A program made the translations under genes and the position numbers. From Mustelus asterias (lineage: Eukaryota), in assembly GCF_964213995.1 (NCBI RefSeq), contig NC_135810.1, positions 47,182,001 through 47,246,000 of the forward strand: a stretch of DNA of 64,000 nt. Direction: 5' to 3'. Positions 51,929 to 64,000 of the stretch are shown here, one piece after another (the first letter of the stretch is position 1; each line of letters opens with the position of its first letter). The notes beneath the pieces were generated by a model that was given only the letters and a program-made list of their open reading frames with translations, made no database searches and was not told the DNA's origin.

Positions 51929-52007
51929 CATGATGTGGAGATGCCAGCGTCGGACTGGGGTAAACACAGTAAGAGTTTTAATCTGGTGTTGTTAAAACTC
52001 TTACTGC
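51929..52007 (-). mobile_element. 79-bp PLE terminal insertion with hairpin and 12-bp TSD
   Basis: GTTGATTTTTGT occurs at 51917-51928 and 52008-52019. The insert resembles the reverse complement of the PLE end at about 46530-46595 and contains a cagtaagagttttaa/ttaaaactcttactg stem. Confidence 0.8.
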
Positions 52008-52134
52008 GTTGATTTTTGTAACATTGGTGCCTGTGTACTTGTTAAAAATTTTCATTTTTATTCCTTTCAAATGTTTTAAATAGTCATTTTCCTCTCTGCT
52101 TAGATAGAATGATATGAAGATGTCTGAAAAGAAA

Positions 52135-52592
52135 AACAAGTCTTGAAATTATAGCATGTCTTTCAAGACCTCAAGATGTCCCAGTATATCTCAAAACCAA
52201 TGAAGTAGTTTTTGAAGTATAGTCACTGTTGTAAGGTGACTACAACTCCTTACAGGAGACACATTAGCCAGTTTGTGAACAGCAGGATCCTACAAACAGC
52301 AGTGTGATAATGCCCAGGTAATCTGCTTTCGTAATGTTGGTCAGATGTTAAAAACTGGGGTGAATTCCCTTGATCTTCTTTGAAGAGTGCCATGTAATTT
52401 TTGACATCCCCCTGAGATGGCAGTCAGGACCTCGGTTTATCATTTTATCCAAAACATCTCGTACAGTGCAACACTCTTGCACTGCATTTGAGTGTCAATT
52501 TAGATTTTGTACTCAAGTGTGTGGAGTGGGTCGCTGAACCTAGTGTCCTAATTGAGAGGCATGAGTGTGAGCTCGGAATCACAGCCGACACC
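52135..52592 (-). mobile_element. DeuSINE (SacSINE1/AmnSINE1-like) old copy
   Basis: ..ccaatgaagtagtttttgaagtatagtcactgttgtaa.. is a Deu-domain-like sequence. Related fragments lie at about 10700-10880, 11150-11295, 28440-29040 and 48360-48620. Confidence 0.6.
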
Positions 52593-53094
52593 AGTCTGCC
52601 AAAGCAACCAGGGAGGTAAACTCCAACATACAATGTCGAACAATTGCAACTATTTCTAACTTATAAGTTTCTGAACTTCTAATGGAACAACCTTAACTCA
52701 AAGCTATCCCTCCTGCTGAGGGAGAGTGCAACCACTGATGCCACAGTTGATTGCACAAGTACCTTCAAAGTTTCTAACTCCAGGAATCCAAACCTCTGAT
52801 AAATAAAGCATAAAGCACAACACTGAAATGAAAAAGAAAGCTAGGTTGTTCTTCATTTCATCAATCAAATACATTTATTATAAATTCAGAGAGGTCTGCA
52901 ATGACATGGATTGATGGAGCAATTTGCCTTTATTCCCATGATTATCCATTTATATCAATACCAATTCAGTGCTCTGCATTAGTTGATGATTGTTTCTACT
53001 AAAGTACTGTCCTCCTATTTTCTTTTTCCAATCAATTAAAAATGCTTCTTGGGAACAGATTGGAAAGCCTGGATCTAACATTTTCAAAATGTGT

Positions 53095-53414
53095 CTCACA
53101 GCGCCAGGGACCCGGGTTTGATTCCAATCTTGGGTGACTGTGTGGAGTTTGCACATTCTCCCTATGTCTGCGCGGGTTTCCTCCGGGTGCTCCGGTTTCC
53201 TCCCACACTCCAAAGATGTCCATATTAGGTGGATTGGCCATACTGAATTGCCCCTTGGTGTCCCAATATGTGTAGGTTAAATGGGATAGCCATGGTGAAT
53301 GTGTGGGGTTACGGGGATCAGGCAGGATGGGGGGCCTGGGTATAACACTGTCAGAGAGTTGGTGCCGACTCAATGGGCCAAATGGCCTCTTTCTTGACTG
53401 TAGGGATTCTATGA
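53095..53414 (+). mobile_element. HE1-like V-SINE variant (5'-truncated)
   Basis: SINE core with a variant CR1-like tail. Confidence 0.85.
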
Positions 53415-54492
53415 AAATATAGACAACATAAATCAGAAGCAAAAGGCCGATACTTCCTGCACCCTAGAACTGTGTTTGATCTTCATGATTTTCCGGGACC
53501 ACTTGCTGCAGGACTAAAAATTCCTGCCCAAAAGTCAACAGACCTTTGGGTAATCCATTAATTTTATGTTCCACCCGTGGTGAATCCGCCCTGAGTGGGA
53601 TCGTGAAACCCCAGCCTTGCTTCATAAAATATCAGGCAAGTTTCAATTGTTATTTAGTATTTCATTGACATTTCCCAAACATGTTTCATTGATTCAGTTA
53701 CTCTCCTTACTACCTGATAAGCCCATGCCCCACTGCATTAAATAACCTATCATCACAAACCACCGACAGCTCATACGTGCAAAGGGTCATTTGTAAGTAT
53801 GATTTCATTCTCCTAAACAATTAAAATGTAAATCTGGCCTCACTTCTGGACAATGAACTGAAATCTTCTATTATCAGAACAATGTGATTTACATGAACAA
53901 TCTGTACCCTTGCCTTTAGTTCTACAACAATATTTTGAACATTCACTCAATTCCTTCAATAATAATAACTACATTAGGTCTTGCAGAACAGTACAGCATG
54001 GCAACTTGGCAAAAAAATCATCCACTATCAACAGACACTAAGTACAAATTCGAGCTGTTCACATCACGCAGACACACTGAAAAAGATTTTTGAGCATGAG
54101 CTGGCCTCTGGCAAGTCAATATTCAGGTCAATTATTAAATTGGTAATATAAACAGAATGAATTACTTCAAAAAGGGTAATTCTCCATCAATAAGATAATT
54201 ATGTTGTAAGATCTTTTAAAATTTATATTATGGCTACCAGAAGTTAAGAAAGGAAAGCAATTGTATTTATATAATGCCTTTCATGGCAAAAGACTTTCCA
54301 AAGTGCTTGCCCACAATTTAATATTGCTATCGTGTAGAAACTGCTGTTATATGGATTTGATTGACAGATATTGATTATCTACTCATTAGTAAACAGACTT
54401 ATTTGCTTTTCTGTCCCTTCATGCTTGAATGCATCTCAAGTGCTTTGTAAACATTGTGGTTAGAAAAGAGGAAATTAAACCTCGTAAGGTAT

Positions 54493-54834
54493 GGGTGGCA
54501 CGGTAGCGCAGTGGTTAGCACTGCTGCTTCACAGCTCCAGGGTCCCGGGTTCGATTCCCGGCTCAGGTCACTGTCTGTGTGGAGTTTGCACATTCTCCTC
54601 GTGTCTGCGTGGGTTTCCTCCGGGCGCTCCGGTTTCCTCCCACAGTCCAAAGATGTGCGGGTTAGGTTGATTGGCCAGGTTAAAAATTGCCCCTTAGAAT
54701 CCTAAGATGCGTATGTTAGAGGGATTAGCGGGTAAATATGTGGGGATAGGGCCTGGGTGGGATTGTGGTCGGTGCAGACTCGATGGGCCGAATGGCCTCC
54801 TTCTGCACTGTAGGGTTTCTATGATTTCTATGAA
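54493..54834 (+). mobile_element. HE1-like V-SINE, young full-length copy
   Basis: A/B boxes, V core, CR1-type tail, CpGs retained. Confidence 0.92.
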
Positions 54835-55269
54835 GATATAGAACGTGCCAATCAAAGGTTGAATGTTTATAAACATTGTGGTTAGGCTGGCTGTTTTGGC
54901 TGGGGATAGAAGTCAGGTCACCGCATGCCTGCGTGATGTGGTGGGAAGGTTGACCCGTTCTTTCAGTGGTAGGGGGGATGCTCTTCTGTGCTGTGGGGTT
55001 GGGAGTGCTCCATTTGCTAGCAGGGGTCATCATGTCCATTGTGTGTGTGTGTGGGGGGGAGTGGAAGGGGGTCTGTCTGTCAGCACAGAGATCAGTGTAG
55101 CCTTTAAAACAATGGCCCAACCTCTGTAAAGTCTTTCTAGTCAGCACGATTCCTGGGATACATAAATTTAAATGATGATAGTGGGAGAATCCCAGCTGAC
55201 ATGTGCTGCTAACACCAGCAGGAAACACTTTGGTTCTTCCACTGGCGGCAGCACTTAGAGTGCAAACGG

Positions 55270-56610
55270 GAGAATTTCCCATTATTTAAATGGACTGAGA
55301 CACAAGGAATGCTACAGTACAGAGGGACCTAAATGTTCTTCTGAATCATAAATAGCCAGCATGCAAGGTACAACAAGTAATTCTGAAATTAAATTGGCCT
55401 TTATTGCAAGGGGATTGAGTATAAATGTATGGAAGTTTTGCCACAACTATACAGGGCAATGGTGAGATCACTGGTGAGTACTGTGTGCAGTTTTGGTCAC
55501 TTTAAGTAGGGACGTCTTTGCAGTGGAGGCAATTTAGAGAAGATTTACTAGGCTGACTCCTCGGATGAATCTGTTGTCCTATGAGAAAAAAAACTGAGCA
55601 GGTTACATACGTGCAAATATGTGAATTGGGAACAAGAGTAGGCCACTCGGCCCTTCGAGGCTGCTCCATCATTCAACAGGATCATGGCTGATCTATTTTT
55701 GATGTGGAGATGCCGGCGTTGGGGTCTATTTGTAACATCCTGCATACTCCCGATAACTTTTCACCCCCTTGAGTTAAGGCCACATCAAATCAGCCATGAT
55801 TTATTGACTGGTAGAACAGGCTTGGACCAAATTGCCCACTGCAGTTCTTATTTCTTAGCCCTTATGTTCTTGTGTTCTAAATGCAGCAACGAACTGGCAC
55901 ACAACAAGATTCCACAAACAACAATTAGATAAATGTCCAGTTACTCTGTTTAAGTGATGTCAGTTGAAGATCAATATTGACCAGTACAAAAGAGTGTGAC
56001 AAATAGGAGCAGGTGTAGAACATTCTGCCCTTGCAACCTGCTCTGCCATTCAATATATTCATGGCTGATTTTCTACCTCAATTCCACTTTCACACCTAAT
56101 CTGCATTACCCAAGGATTCCCTTAGTATCCAAAAATCTATCATCTCAGTCTTGACTATCCTCAGTGATTAAGGATCCACAACTCTCTGGGGTAGAGGATT
56201 CCAAAGAATCAAAATGTTTTGAGTGAAGAAACATGTCCTCATCTGAATCTTCAGTAGCCTGAGAATATGATGTCTTGTTCTAGCTAGCCCGCACAGGGCA
56301 ATAACACTCACAGCATTGGCCCTATCAAAACCCTTAAGAATTTTATGTTTCAATGAGATTACCTTTCATTCTAAATTTTAGCAACGACTTGCTTTGCTCA
56401 ATTTCTCCTCAAACACAATGCCCACATCCCAAGAATCAGTCCAGTAAACCTATTTTTCAGTATATCCAAGTCAAGCATATCCTTCCTTAGGTGAGGAGAC
56501 CAATGCTGTACGCAGTAATCCAGATGTGCACTGATCAAAGTCCTATATAGTTACAGTCAGTCTTCTTTATTGTTACTCCAATCCTATTGTAATATAGACC
56601 AGCATTCTAT
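55270..56610. mobile_element. Old CR1 fragments (plus strand about 55270-55610, minus strand about 56000-56610)
   Basis: Degenerate EYCVQFWS and FFTQ..WN motifs. Confidence 0.65.
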
Positions 56611-56759
56611 ATGGCCCCCCTAATTTTCTTCAGATAATACCATGGGATATTTTACATCCACCTGAGAGGACAGACTGGTTGACAGTATTTAAAGTAGTCC
56701 TACCAGAGTGATTTTAATTCTTGCATGTTTTAGTAATTTGCATTCTTCTGTCTTCAAAT

Positions 56760-56850
56760 ACGCCAACCCTAACAATAGCAACTTTAATAATGCCAACCCT
56801 AATAATAGCAACAGTAATAATGTCCGTGCCAATATTAACAATTCCAATGA
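56760..56850. repeat. Degenerate minisatellite with about 15-bp period (gccaaccctaataat / agcaac..taataat)
   Basis: Visible periodic repeat. Confidence 0.6.
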
Positions 56851-56897
56851 CAAGACTACATTCAATACAAGCATGTATTGATAGGCAAAGGGATAGA

Positions 56898-57247
56898 TCA
56901 TAGAATCATAGAAACCCTACAGTACAGAAAGAGGCCATTCGGCCCATCGAGTCTGCACCAACCACAATCCCACCCAGGCCCTACCCCCATATCCTTACAT
57001 ATTTTACCCACTAATTCCTCTAACCTACACATCTCAGGACACTAAGGGGCAATTTAAGCATGGCCAATCAACCTAACCCGCACATCTTTGGAATGTGGGA
57101 GGAAACCGGAGCACCCGGAGGAAACCCACGCAGACACGAGGCGAATGTGCAAACTCCACACAGACAGTGACCTTAAGCCGGGAATCGAACGCAGGTCCCT
57201 GGAGCTGTGAAGCAGCAGTGCTAACCACTGTGCTACCGTGCCGCCCC
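56898..57247 (-). mobile_element. HE1-like V-SINE, full length
   Basis: Close reverse complement of the 54493-54834 copy. Confidence 0.92.
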
Positions 57248-57248
57248 A

Positions 57249-57953
57249 TCTGGGTGTACAGGTACACAGGTCACTGAAAGTGGCAATGCAGATGGAGAAG
57301 GTAGTCAAGAAGGCATATGGCATGCTTGCCTTCATCGGCCGGGGTATTGAGTTTAAAAATTGGCAAGTCATGTTGACGCTTTATAGAACCTTAGTGAGGC
57401 CGCACTTGGAATATAGTGTTCAATTCTGGTCGCCACACTACCAGAAGGATGTGGAGGCTTTGGAAAGGGTACAGAAAAGATTTACCAGGATGTTGCCTGG
57501 TATGGATGGCATTAGCGACGAGGAGAGGTTGGAGAAACTTGGTTTGTTCTCACTGGAGCGACAAAGGTTGAGGGGAGACCTGATAGAAGTCTACAAGATT
57601 ATGAGAGGCATGGACAGAGTGGATAGTCAGAAGCTTTTTCCCAGGGTGGAAGAGTCAATTACTAGGGGGCATAGGTTTAAGGTGCGAGGGGCAAGGTTTA
57701 AAAGAGATGTACAAGATAGATTTTTTACACAGAGAATGGTGGGTGCCTGGAACTCGTTGCCAGGGGAGGTAGTGGAAGCGGATACGGTACTGACTTTTAA
57801 GGGGCATTTTGACAAGTACATGAATGAGATGGGAATAGAGGGATATGGTCCCCGGAAGCGTAGAGGGTTTTAGTTAAGTCAGGCAGCATGGTCAGTGCAG
57901 GCTTGGAGGGCCGAAGGGCCTGTTCCTGTGCTGTAATTTTCTTTGTTCTTTGT
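57249..57953 (+). mobile_element. 5'-truncated CR1 LINE
   Basis: LGVQVHRSLK..RPHLEYSVQFWSPHY..FFTQRMVGAWN, tail ttctttgttctttg. Confidence 0.95.
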
Positions 57954-58244
57954 ACTCCTTACGATATTAAGAATCCCATGATTCTGATAATGCCAACTAC
58001 AGCAGCATGAAAATCCAATAACATTTTTGAAAAGCTGAGAAGAACTTTGGCCTGGCCTTTTGCCTTGTAATTATATCATATACGTGAAACATCCTTATCT
58101 TTCTCAGTGAAGTATATACGATGACTAAAAGTTATTCATTGATTTCACTATTAGCATTCAAATCTTTACCTCCCCAAGTTAGATAAGTTTCTGGAGGCTG
58201 ATGGAGGTCACATATCAAGGCAGCGTTTAATAAGAGGAAGATCA

Positions 58245-59792
58245 TGAAAGTATAAGAAATAGGAGCAGGATCAGACCATTCGGCCCCTTGGGTCTGCTTC
58301 TCCATTCAATAAGACCAAGGCTGATCTGATTGAGGCCTTCACTCAAATTTTCTGCCCTCTCCCCCATAATCCTTGACTCCCTGGTCAATCAGAAATCTGT
58401 CTCTCACAGCCATGAATATATTTAATGACACTGAATTCATTATTCACTTGTGAAGAGAATTCCAAAGTCTAATGATCCTCTTAGAGATAAAAGTCCTCAT
58501 TTCTGTTTTAAAAATTTCTTATTTTTAAAAAGTGCTCCCCGATTCTCGGCTGCCTATAGCAGAAATATTCTCCCAGCATCCACCACCCTGTCAAGTCCCC
58601 TCAGGATTCTATAAGTTTGAATAAAATCAGCTCTCATTATTCTAAACTTCGACGAGTATAAGCTGAACTTGTTTAATCTTTCCTCACTAGACAGACCCTT
58701 TGGGCCCCATTTTACTATTTTGGTTCCAAGTGCTGGGCGGACTTGAAACTGGGAGTGTTTCTGATCTGACTTTTAGACCCTTTCTGAGGTGCCCCCATAT
58801 GCACTCTCCCTGAAAAAATATCAGCTATTCCGAATCGCGCTGTAGAAGACTGTGGGTGAGGCTTAACGCGCCCAAAATCCTGTAGGACTGATCGGCGCCT
58901 CCAACTGCGCATGTACAGAAAAAAAATGATAGAATGTGGCTCCCCTGCCACATCGCTCCTGAGTTGGATAATGCCTCCCCATGGCCCCCACAGCCATTGC
59001 CCCACGCCCACAACATTACTGACCCCCTTATCCCCCCACGCAGACTGATTACAGGCCCCACCCCCTTTCCCCTCACTGATCTCAGGCAAAGTGGCAGCAG
59101 ACCCCCCCTTCCCCCTCCCCCCCAACCAATCTCAAGCCAAGAGCTGTTGGACGCTCGGCACTTACCTCCTCACTAACTGGAGCGCCCGAATCGGGCTTTT
59201 GCGGAGCATGTCTGTTTCGTGTCGATTCTGGATGGGCAAACGTGATGGGAAAGGGGGAAGTGCCGGTAAGGTTGGGCAGGCAAATATTAAATACAAATGC
59301 ATTTAAATGACCGTCGCGCCCATTTCGGGCACGGTCCCTATCGCAGCCATTTTCGGGCCTTGGTAAAGGGGGAACTGCCGCAGAGGCAGGCGTGAATCAT
59401 GCTGCTCACCTCACGCCCGACTTTACCAAGTTTTCACGCCCAAAAATGGGCGAAATGTGATGGTAAAATCAGGCCCTTTATCTCAGGAATTGGCCTATCC
59501 TTCTATGAACTGCTTCCAATGCAATTATATCTTTCTGTAGGTAATGAGACCAAAATTGTGCGGAGTACTTCAAATGCAGTCTCACCAAGGATGCAGGAAA
59601 ATATACTACTTTTGTACTCCAATCCCCTCCAATAAATGTCAACATTCTATTTGCCTTCCTAATCATTCGCTGTTCCTCTTTGCTAACTTTTCATGATTCA
59701 TATGCCAGGGGACCAAGATCCCTCTATACAAACATCTGCAGTCCCTCCGCACTACAATAATATTCCATTTACTTATTCTTTCTGCCAAGGTG
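58245..59792 (-). mobile_element. Old CR1 fragment interrupted by the MITE at 58702-59476
   Basis: CR1-like sequence on both sides of the MITE (..LKYSAQFWSHYL.. on the minus strand). Confidence 0.7.
58702..59476. mobile_element. PIF/Harbinger MITE
   Basis: TIRs gggccccattttac and gtaaaatcaggccc, flanked by TTT on both sides. Confidence 0.8.
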
Positions 59793-59815
59793 GAGTAGCT
59801 CATATTATACATGAT

Positions 59816-60845
59816 GGGCCAGATTTTGACATCAAGTTGCGCCCATTTTCAGGCACGGAAACTTGGTAAAGTCTGGCGTGAGGCGAGTAGCGCGATCTGC
59901 GCTCACCTCCGTGCCGGTTCCCCCTTTATAAAGGGCCAAAAATGGCTGCCATCAGGACCATGCCCGAAATGGGTGCAACGTCAGTTTAAATACATTTGCA
60001 AATTTACCAGCACATCCCCCTTTACCACCGTGTTTGCCCGCCCAGATTCGGCGCGAAACAGGCATGGTCCACAAAGGTCCGATCTGGGTGCTCCAGCTTC
60101 TGCGGAGGTACGTTCTGAGCTTCTGCTGGCTCTCTGACACAGATCGGTTGGGGGGTCGGTGGGGGGCGCTGTGGGGAGTGGGTGTGGCGGTGGGGGGTGG
60201 GAGGTGAGTCAGATGGCTCTCTGACTCAGATCGGGGGGGGCAGGGGCGGGTAGGGCAGGGGGAGTCTGCTGCCATTCTGCATGTGATTGGTGGAGGGACA
60301 GGGGGGATCTGCTGCCACTCTGCGTGTGATTGATGGGGGGGACGGAAGAGGGCTCCGTTGCCACTGTGTGTGTGATTGGTGGGGTGGGCAGGGGGGTCTG
60401 CTGTCATTCTACATGTGATCGGTCGAGGGGAAGGGGGGACCACTGCCACTCTGCTTGTGATCGGGGGGGAAGTGGGGCAGTGGGTCACGAACGGTCTGGG
60501 TGGCGGGGGTGGGAGGCTAAGGGGGTCAGTAATGTTGTGGGGGTGGGGACAATGTCTGTGGGGGCCGGGGGAGCCATTATCAGGCCTGGGAGGGATGTGG
60601 CAGGAGAGCATTTTTCTATTTGGTTTCTCTGTGCATGCGCATTTGGAGGCGCCGATCGGAGCTGCAGGGTTTCAGGCAGGTTAAGCCCCACCCACTGGCT
60701 TCTGCATCACGATTCAGAATCGCTGCTCTTTTTTCAGGTAGAGTGTGTATGGGGGCACCTGAGAATGGGTCTAAAAGTCGGATCTGAAACACTCCCAGTT
60801 TCAAATCCGCCCAGCACTTAGAATCAAAATGGCAAAATAGGACCC
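59816..60845. mobile_element. PIF/Harbinger MITE, same family in opposite orientation
   Basis: TIRs gggccagattttgac and ggcaaaataggaccc, 3-bp TSD GAT/GAT. Body is the reverse complement of 58702-59476 with extra G-rich repeats. Confidence 0.82.
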
Positions 60846-61139
60846 GATATGTGCTTCCAACCATTTTGAATGCACATCGACATCAGCCAAAAACATCAGG
60901 CTCATGGAAAATCCCACAAGCCCATATGCAGTCTGACCCACAGCCAATAAGGCTACTCTCAAATAGTACCATGCAATGTACCCAGTTCATCCTTGAATAT
61001 GTCCTGATACCTCTTAAAAACATCCTCGGTCACCTTTGTGTGCTGGATCTCACCCCACTTCAATGGAATTTTGCTGAGTCAGTTATGCCCAAGCAAACTT
61101 GGCCTCTTTCCTTTGACCACAAGAAGGCGTGATCTTGCT

Positions 61140-61420
61140 TCTTGGCTATTATATGCCATATAGATTTCCAATGACCTGAACAAAGGTATGGACTCTATGG
61201 TGTGTATGTTCAAAGATTAATCTCTGCCGGAGTAAGGATTGGCACTCAGTTAAAGTCGCACATTGACTTGTAGATCTTTTCCCTAATTACACCTGCAGAG
61301 GTTCCTGTGTCCACCTCCATCTTGATTTTTTTACTGTGGTGGAGCTTCTTTGGTGTTTTGCCTTTTGGTGTATTTGTTATTTTGTTCCTTTGAAGTAGCC
61401 AGACAAAGTCATGGAGTGGT
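61140..61420 (-). pseudogene. Gypsy aspartic-protease remnant
   Basis: KMEVDTGTSAGVI (DTG motif) on the minus strand. Confidence 0.5.
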
Positions 61421-61949
61421 TCAAAATGGTTTATTCTGAGGCTGTAGTACTCTGAAAGGTCATCAAGGCCTGTCAGAGTATGGAATTCAGTAATACACAA
61501 ACAGTTATTGTTTCAGATTCCATTACAAGTAATTAACGTATACTAATCAAGGTATAGAGGTTATCTCTATCCACTCACAGCTATTGATTAAGGTTACACC
61601 ATGCATAAGATATAGATACTCTAACTAATTAAAATCATCGCATGCCTGTTTCATTATAATATCCAATCAGCGTAAAGACATAATCATTTTAGCTGACCTA
61701 ATTCATCATTGCTACAAGTTATCATTGATGTCTCAGTCTGTGCCTGTGTTTGTGGATATTGCTCCCTCCTCCTACATCCAAATGTCTGATTTAATTAATT
61801 CCCTCAGACTAAGGGCCTTGACGCTTATCTGTGTCGACTTTTATAAAGATCTCTGTTTTTTTCTCATAGCAGCTTATGTGAGTTTTAAACTTATGTGATT
61901 ATTAACCCTTTCACTTCCCATCAACAACATCTGTGGCAAAAATAGGCTC

Positions 61950-62092
61950 TGCCTATAGTGTCTTTATATGCCCTGTTTGTGAACAGAATTCCCACTCACC
62001 TGAAGAAGGGGCTTGCAGCTCCGAAAGCTTGTGTGGCTTTTGCTACCAAATAAACCTGTTGGACTTTAACCTGGTGTTGTTAAACTTCTTTA
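61950..62092 (+). mobile_element. PLE pLTR fragment with hammerhead core
   Basis: CTGAAGA (62000-62006)..GAAAGCTT, followed by gctaccaaataaacctgttggactttaacctggtgttg as at 46508-46545. Confidence 0.8.
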
Positions 62093-62708
62093 TGTGGCAT
62101 GGCCAGATTCCTCTTCACCACACATACACTCAGGAGAATTCAGTGCTGATTTGCCTAATCTTCCATTCCATTTGCTAAAAGGTAACGCTGCACCCACTCC
62201 ACATATTCAGCTCAATCTTCAGTTCTCTCATCAAACATTCTGACTACTCCAAACATAGCCATGGTACTGCTAACTTGAAATTCTGTCAAGTAAATTCATA
62301 ATGTAAACTAGCTACTTACTGTATGCAAGCACTGAACATCAAAAAACTTATTTTTCCCTTCACTTGCCAGTTTCTCCTCATCATCAAAAAGACATGGTAA
62401 CCTGAGGCCACAAATAAGGTAGAATATGTTGCTTCAAGAATGATTTTCTTCATAAGTGAATAACAAAGTTTACTAATAACAAAAGCTTAGCAGAACAGTA
62501 ACAACAAAAATAGCTAAGAACACAGGAGCAACGAGCACACAGTTCTTGCTTGCAGAACACTCTCTTGCTGACCGAAAATCCCTCCAAAACTTATTTTAAA
62601 ATTCCTTTTTTAATGTTACAAAGCCAATGTGCAGAGTGGACAGGGCAAGCCTTTAATCCACCTCCTTGCTTACTCCAAAAACCAGTTAAAATTCACATTG
62701 AATCCAAG

Positions 62709-62792
62709 AGAGACATACAAGATCCAAGCTGACAAGAACAGACATTGCACCTGATCTTGGCCCTGATCTGACGCTTGATCTTAGCCAAAAGG
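62709..62792 (-). mobile_element. Second U2-derived fragment
   Basis: Minus strand reads ccttttggctaagatcaag (U2 nt 13-31) ... tctgttcttgtcagcttggatc, which shares cttgtcagcttggatc with 46989-47004. Confidence 0.6.
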
Positions 62793-64000
62793 GTGTGAAA
62801 AAAACGGCAAATGCTCAGAACTCTCAACAGATGCCAGTAAGACAATTACACAGGAAAAAAGGCTGATAAGAACTCTGTGTTCAAAATGATACTCCGTAAC
62901 ACCCAAGAATGGAAATAAAAATACAATTTGCTGCAGAAATCAAAAAGGTGTGGTTCTTGGTTGCTAAGGAGATCACCAGCTGATGCATGGTACCATCCTT
63001 CTATATGCAGCTCAGGAATTGCTTTAATAACCCAACAACATCTGGAAACATTAAGACAGTGACGCACTCACATGCTCTGTGCATCACTCCATACTCTCAC
63101 TCTGCCTTGTCAAGTTGCTCCATCCTACCACCAACTCACCTTGCCATCCTTCCCTGACTTTGCATTTCCAAACCACCCAAAACTGACAGTCATTCTCACC
63201 CTTTCCCTTACGCAATGTTATGCCACTCTCTGATATTAACCCTCACTAAACATTCTCCATCCATCAAATAAGCATGTGCCATTATACTTACACATAGGTC
63301 CGTGTTTTCTCTCCTTGCAGAGGAGAACACAGAAAAATATGGTGACCTCCAGTCACCTCAAAACTCACAAAGGCAGAGGAGACACAGGAGGTCAGTTAAG
63401 TTTTGGTATGCCGAGTCATTAGAGATGCAGAGCTCCCAGCTACCTGATGACACAATTCACTATCAGACAATCATGTGGCATTCAATCATGTTGACCTGAT
63501 GTCAAGAGCAAGTGAAATATAATAATGTTCATAATGAAAAATAGCAAAATTCATGGATTTTAACCCCCACAGGGCCTTCACGCATGCAGCAGGAATTGAT
63601 GGAGATTGCAGACAATGATTGTTCAATAGTGCTGAACCTTTTTGACAAGATTCACGCATACCATGCGTCACTTTAATTACTCACAATTTGATTGAATTAG
63701 CAAAACAGGTAGTTGTGTTTTAAATCTGGGAACTCACACTTCACAAGTGAGCACAAACAGATGGTGGTGATGAGGACAGTGGTGGAAAGGTCAGAGGGCA
63801 CTGATCTCTCCAAGCTCTGTTTAATTGGACAGAAAATTTGTACCCCAGTAACCATCAAAAAAGAGAAAAATCATTGAGCAGCGGTGAGAGTGAATAAACT
63901 GACAAGTCTTCCAAAGTATTTAAGTGGAAGAATAGAAAATAAACTTACAATAAACATCATATAAATTTAAATAATTTGAATAATCTAGATTAAGATATGG

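Noticed and set aside
54493-54565. tRNA genes at SINE heads
   Set aside because: The A/B boxes belong to SINE heads that continue into the V-domain; they are not standalone tRNAs.
56760-56820. Interstitial telomeric repeat (aaccct)
   Set aside because: Only two isolated aaccct units within a 15-bp-period AT-rich repeat.

Overview
Repeat-dense eukaryotic DNA, almost certainly a cartilaginous fish (shark). It carries many HE1-like V-SINEs, CR1/HER1-like LINE fragments, DeuSINE remnants, Penelope-like elements (PLEs) and PIF/Harbinger MITEs, plus a 200-N scaffold gap at 22507-22706. I found no confidently recognisable host protein-coding gene. Positions 1-8247 are a nested retroelement cluster. 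It begins with the 3' end of a young Ty3/Gypsy element (integrase, PPT, LTR) inserted into a decayed endogenous retrovirus-like provirus. That provirus has a coiled-coil plus capsid gag, no visible pol, a Cys-rich fusion-glycoprotein-like env C-terminus and its own PPT/3' LTR. This architecture resembles lokiretroviruses. Other notable items are a U2-snRNA-derived SINE-like element (46769-47077, with a relative at about 62709-62792), a TSD-flanked inverted Penelope insertion with hammerhead cores, several tiny TSD-flanked PLE-end insertions, and an inverted pair of Harbinger MITEs with 3-bp TSDs. All family assignments come from motif recognition by eye, not from database searches.
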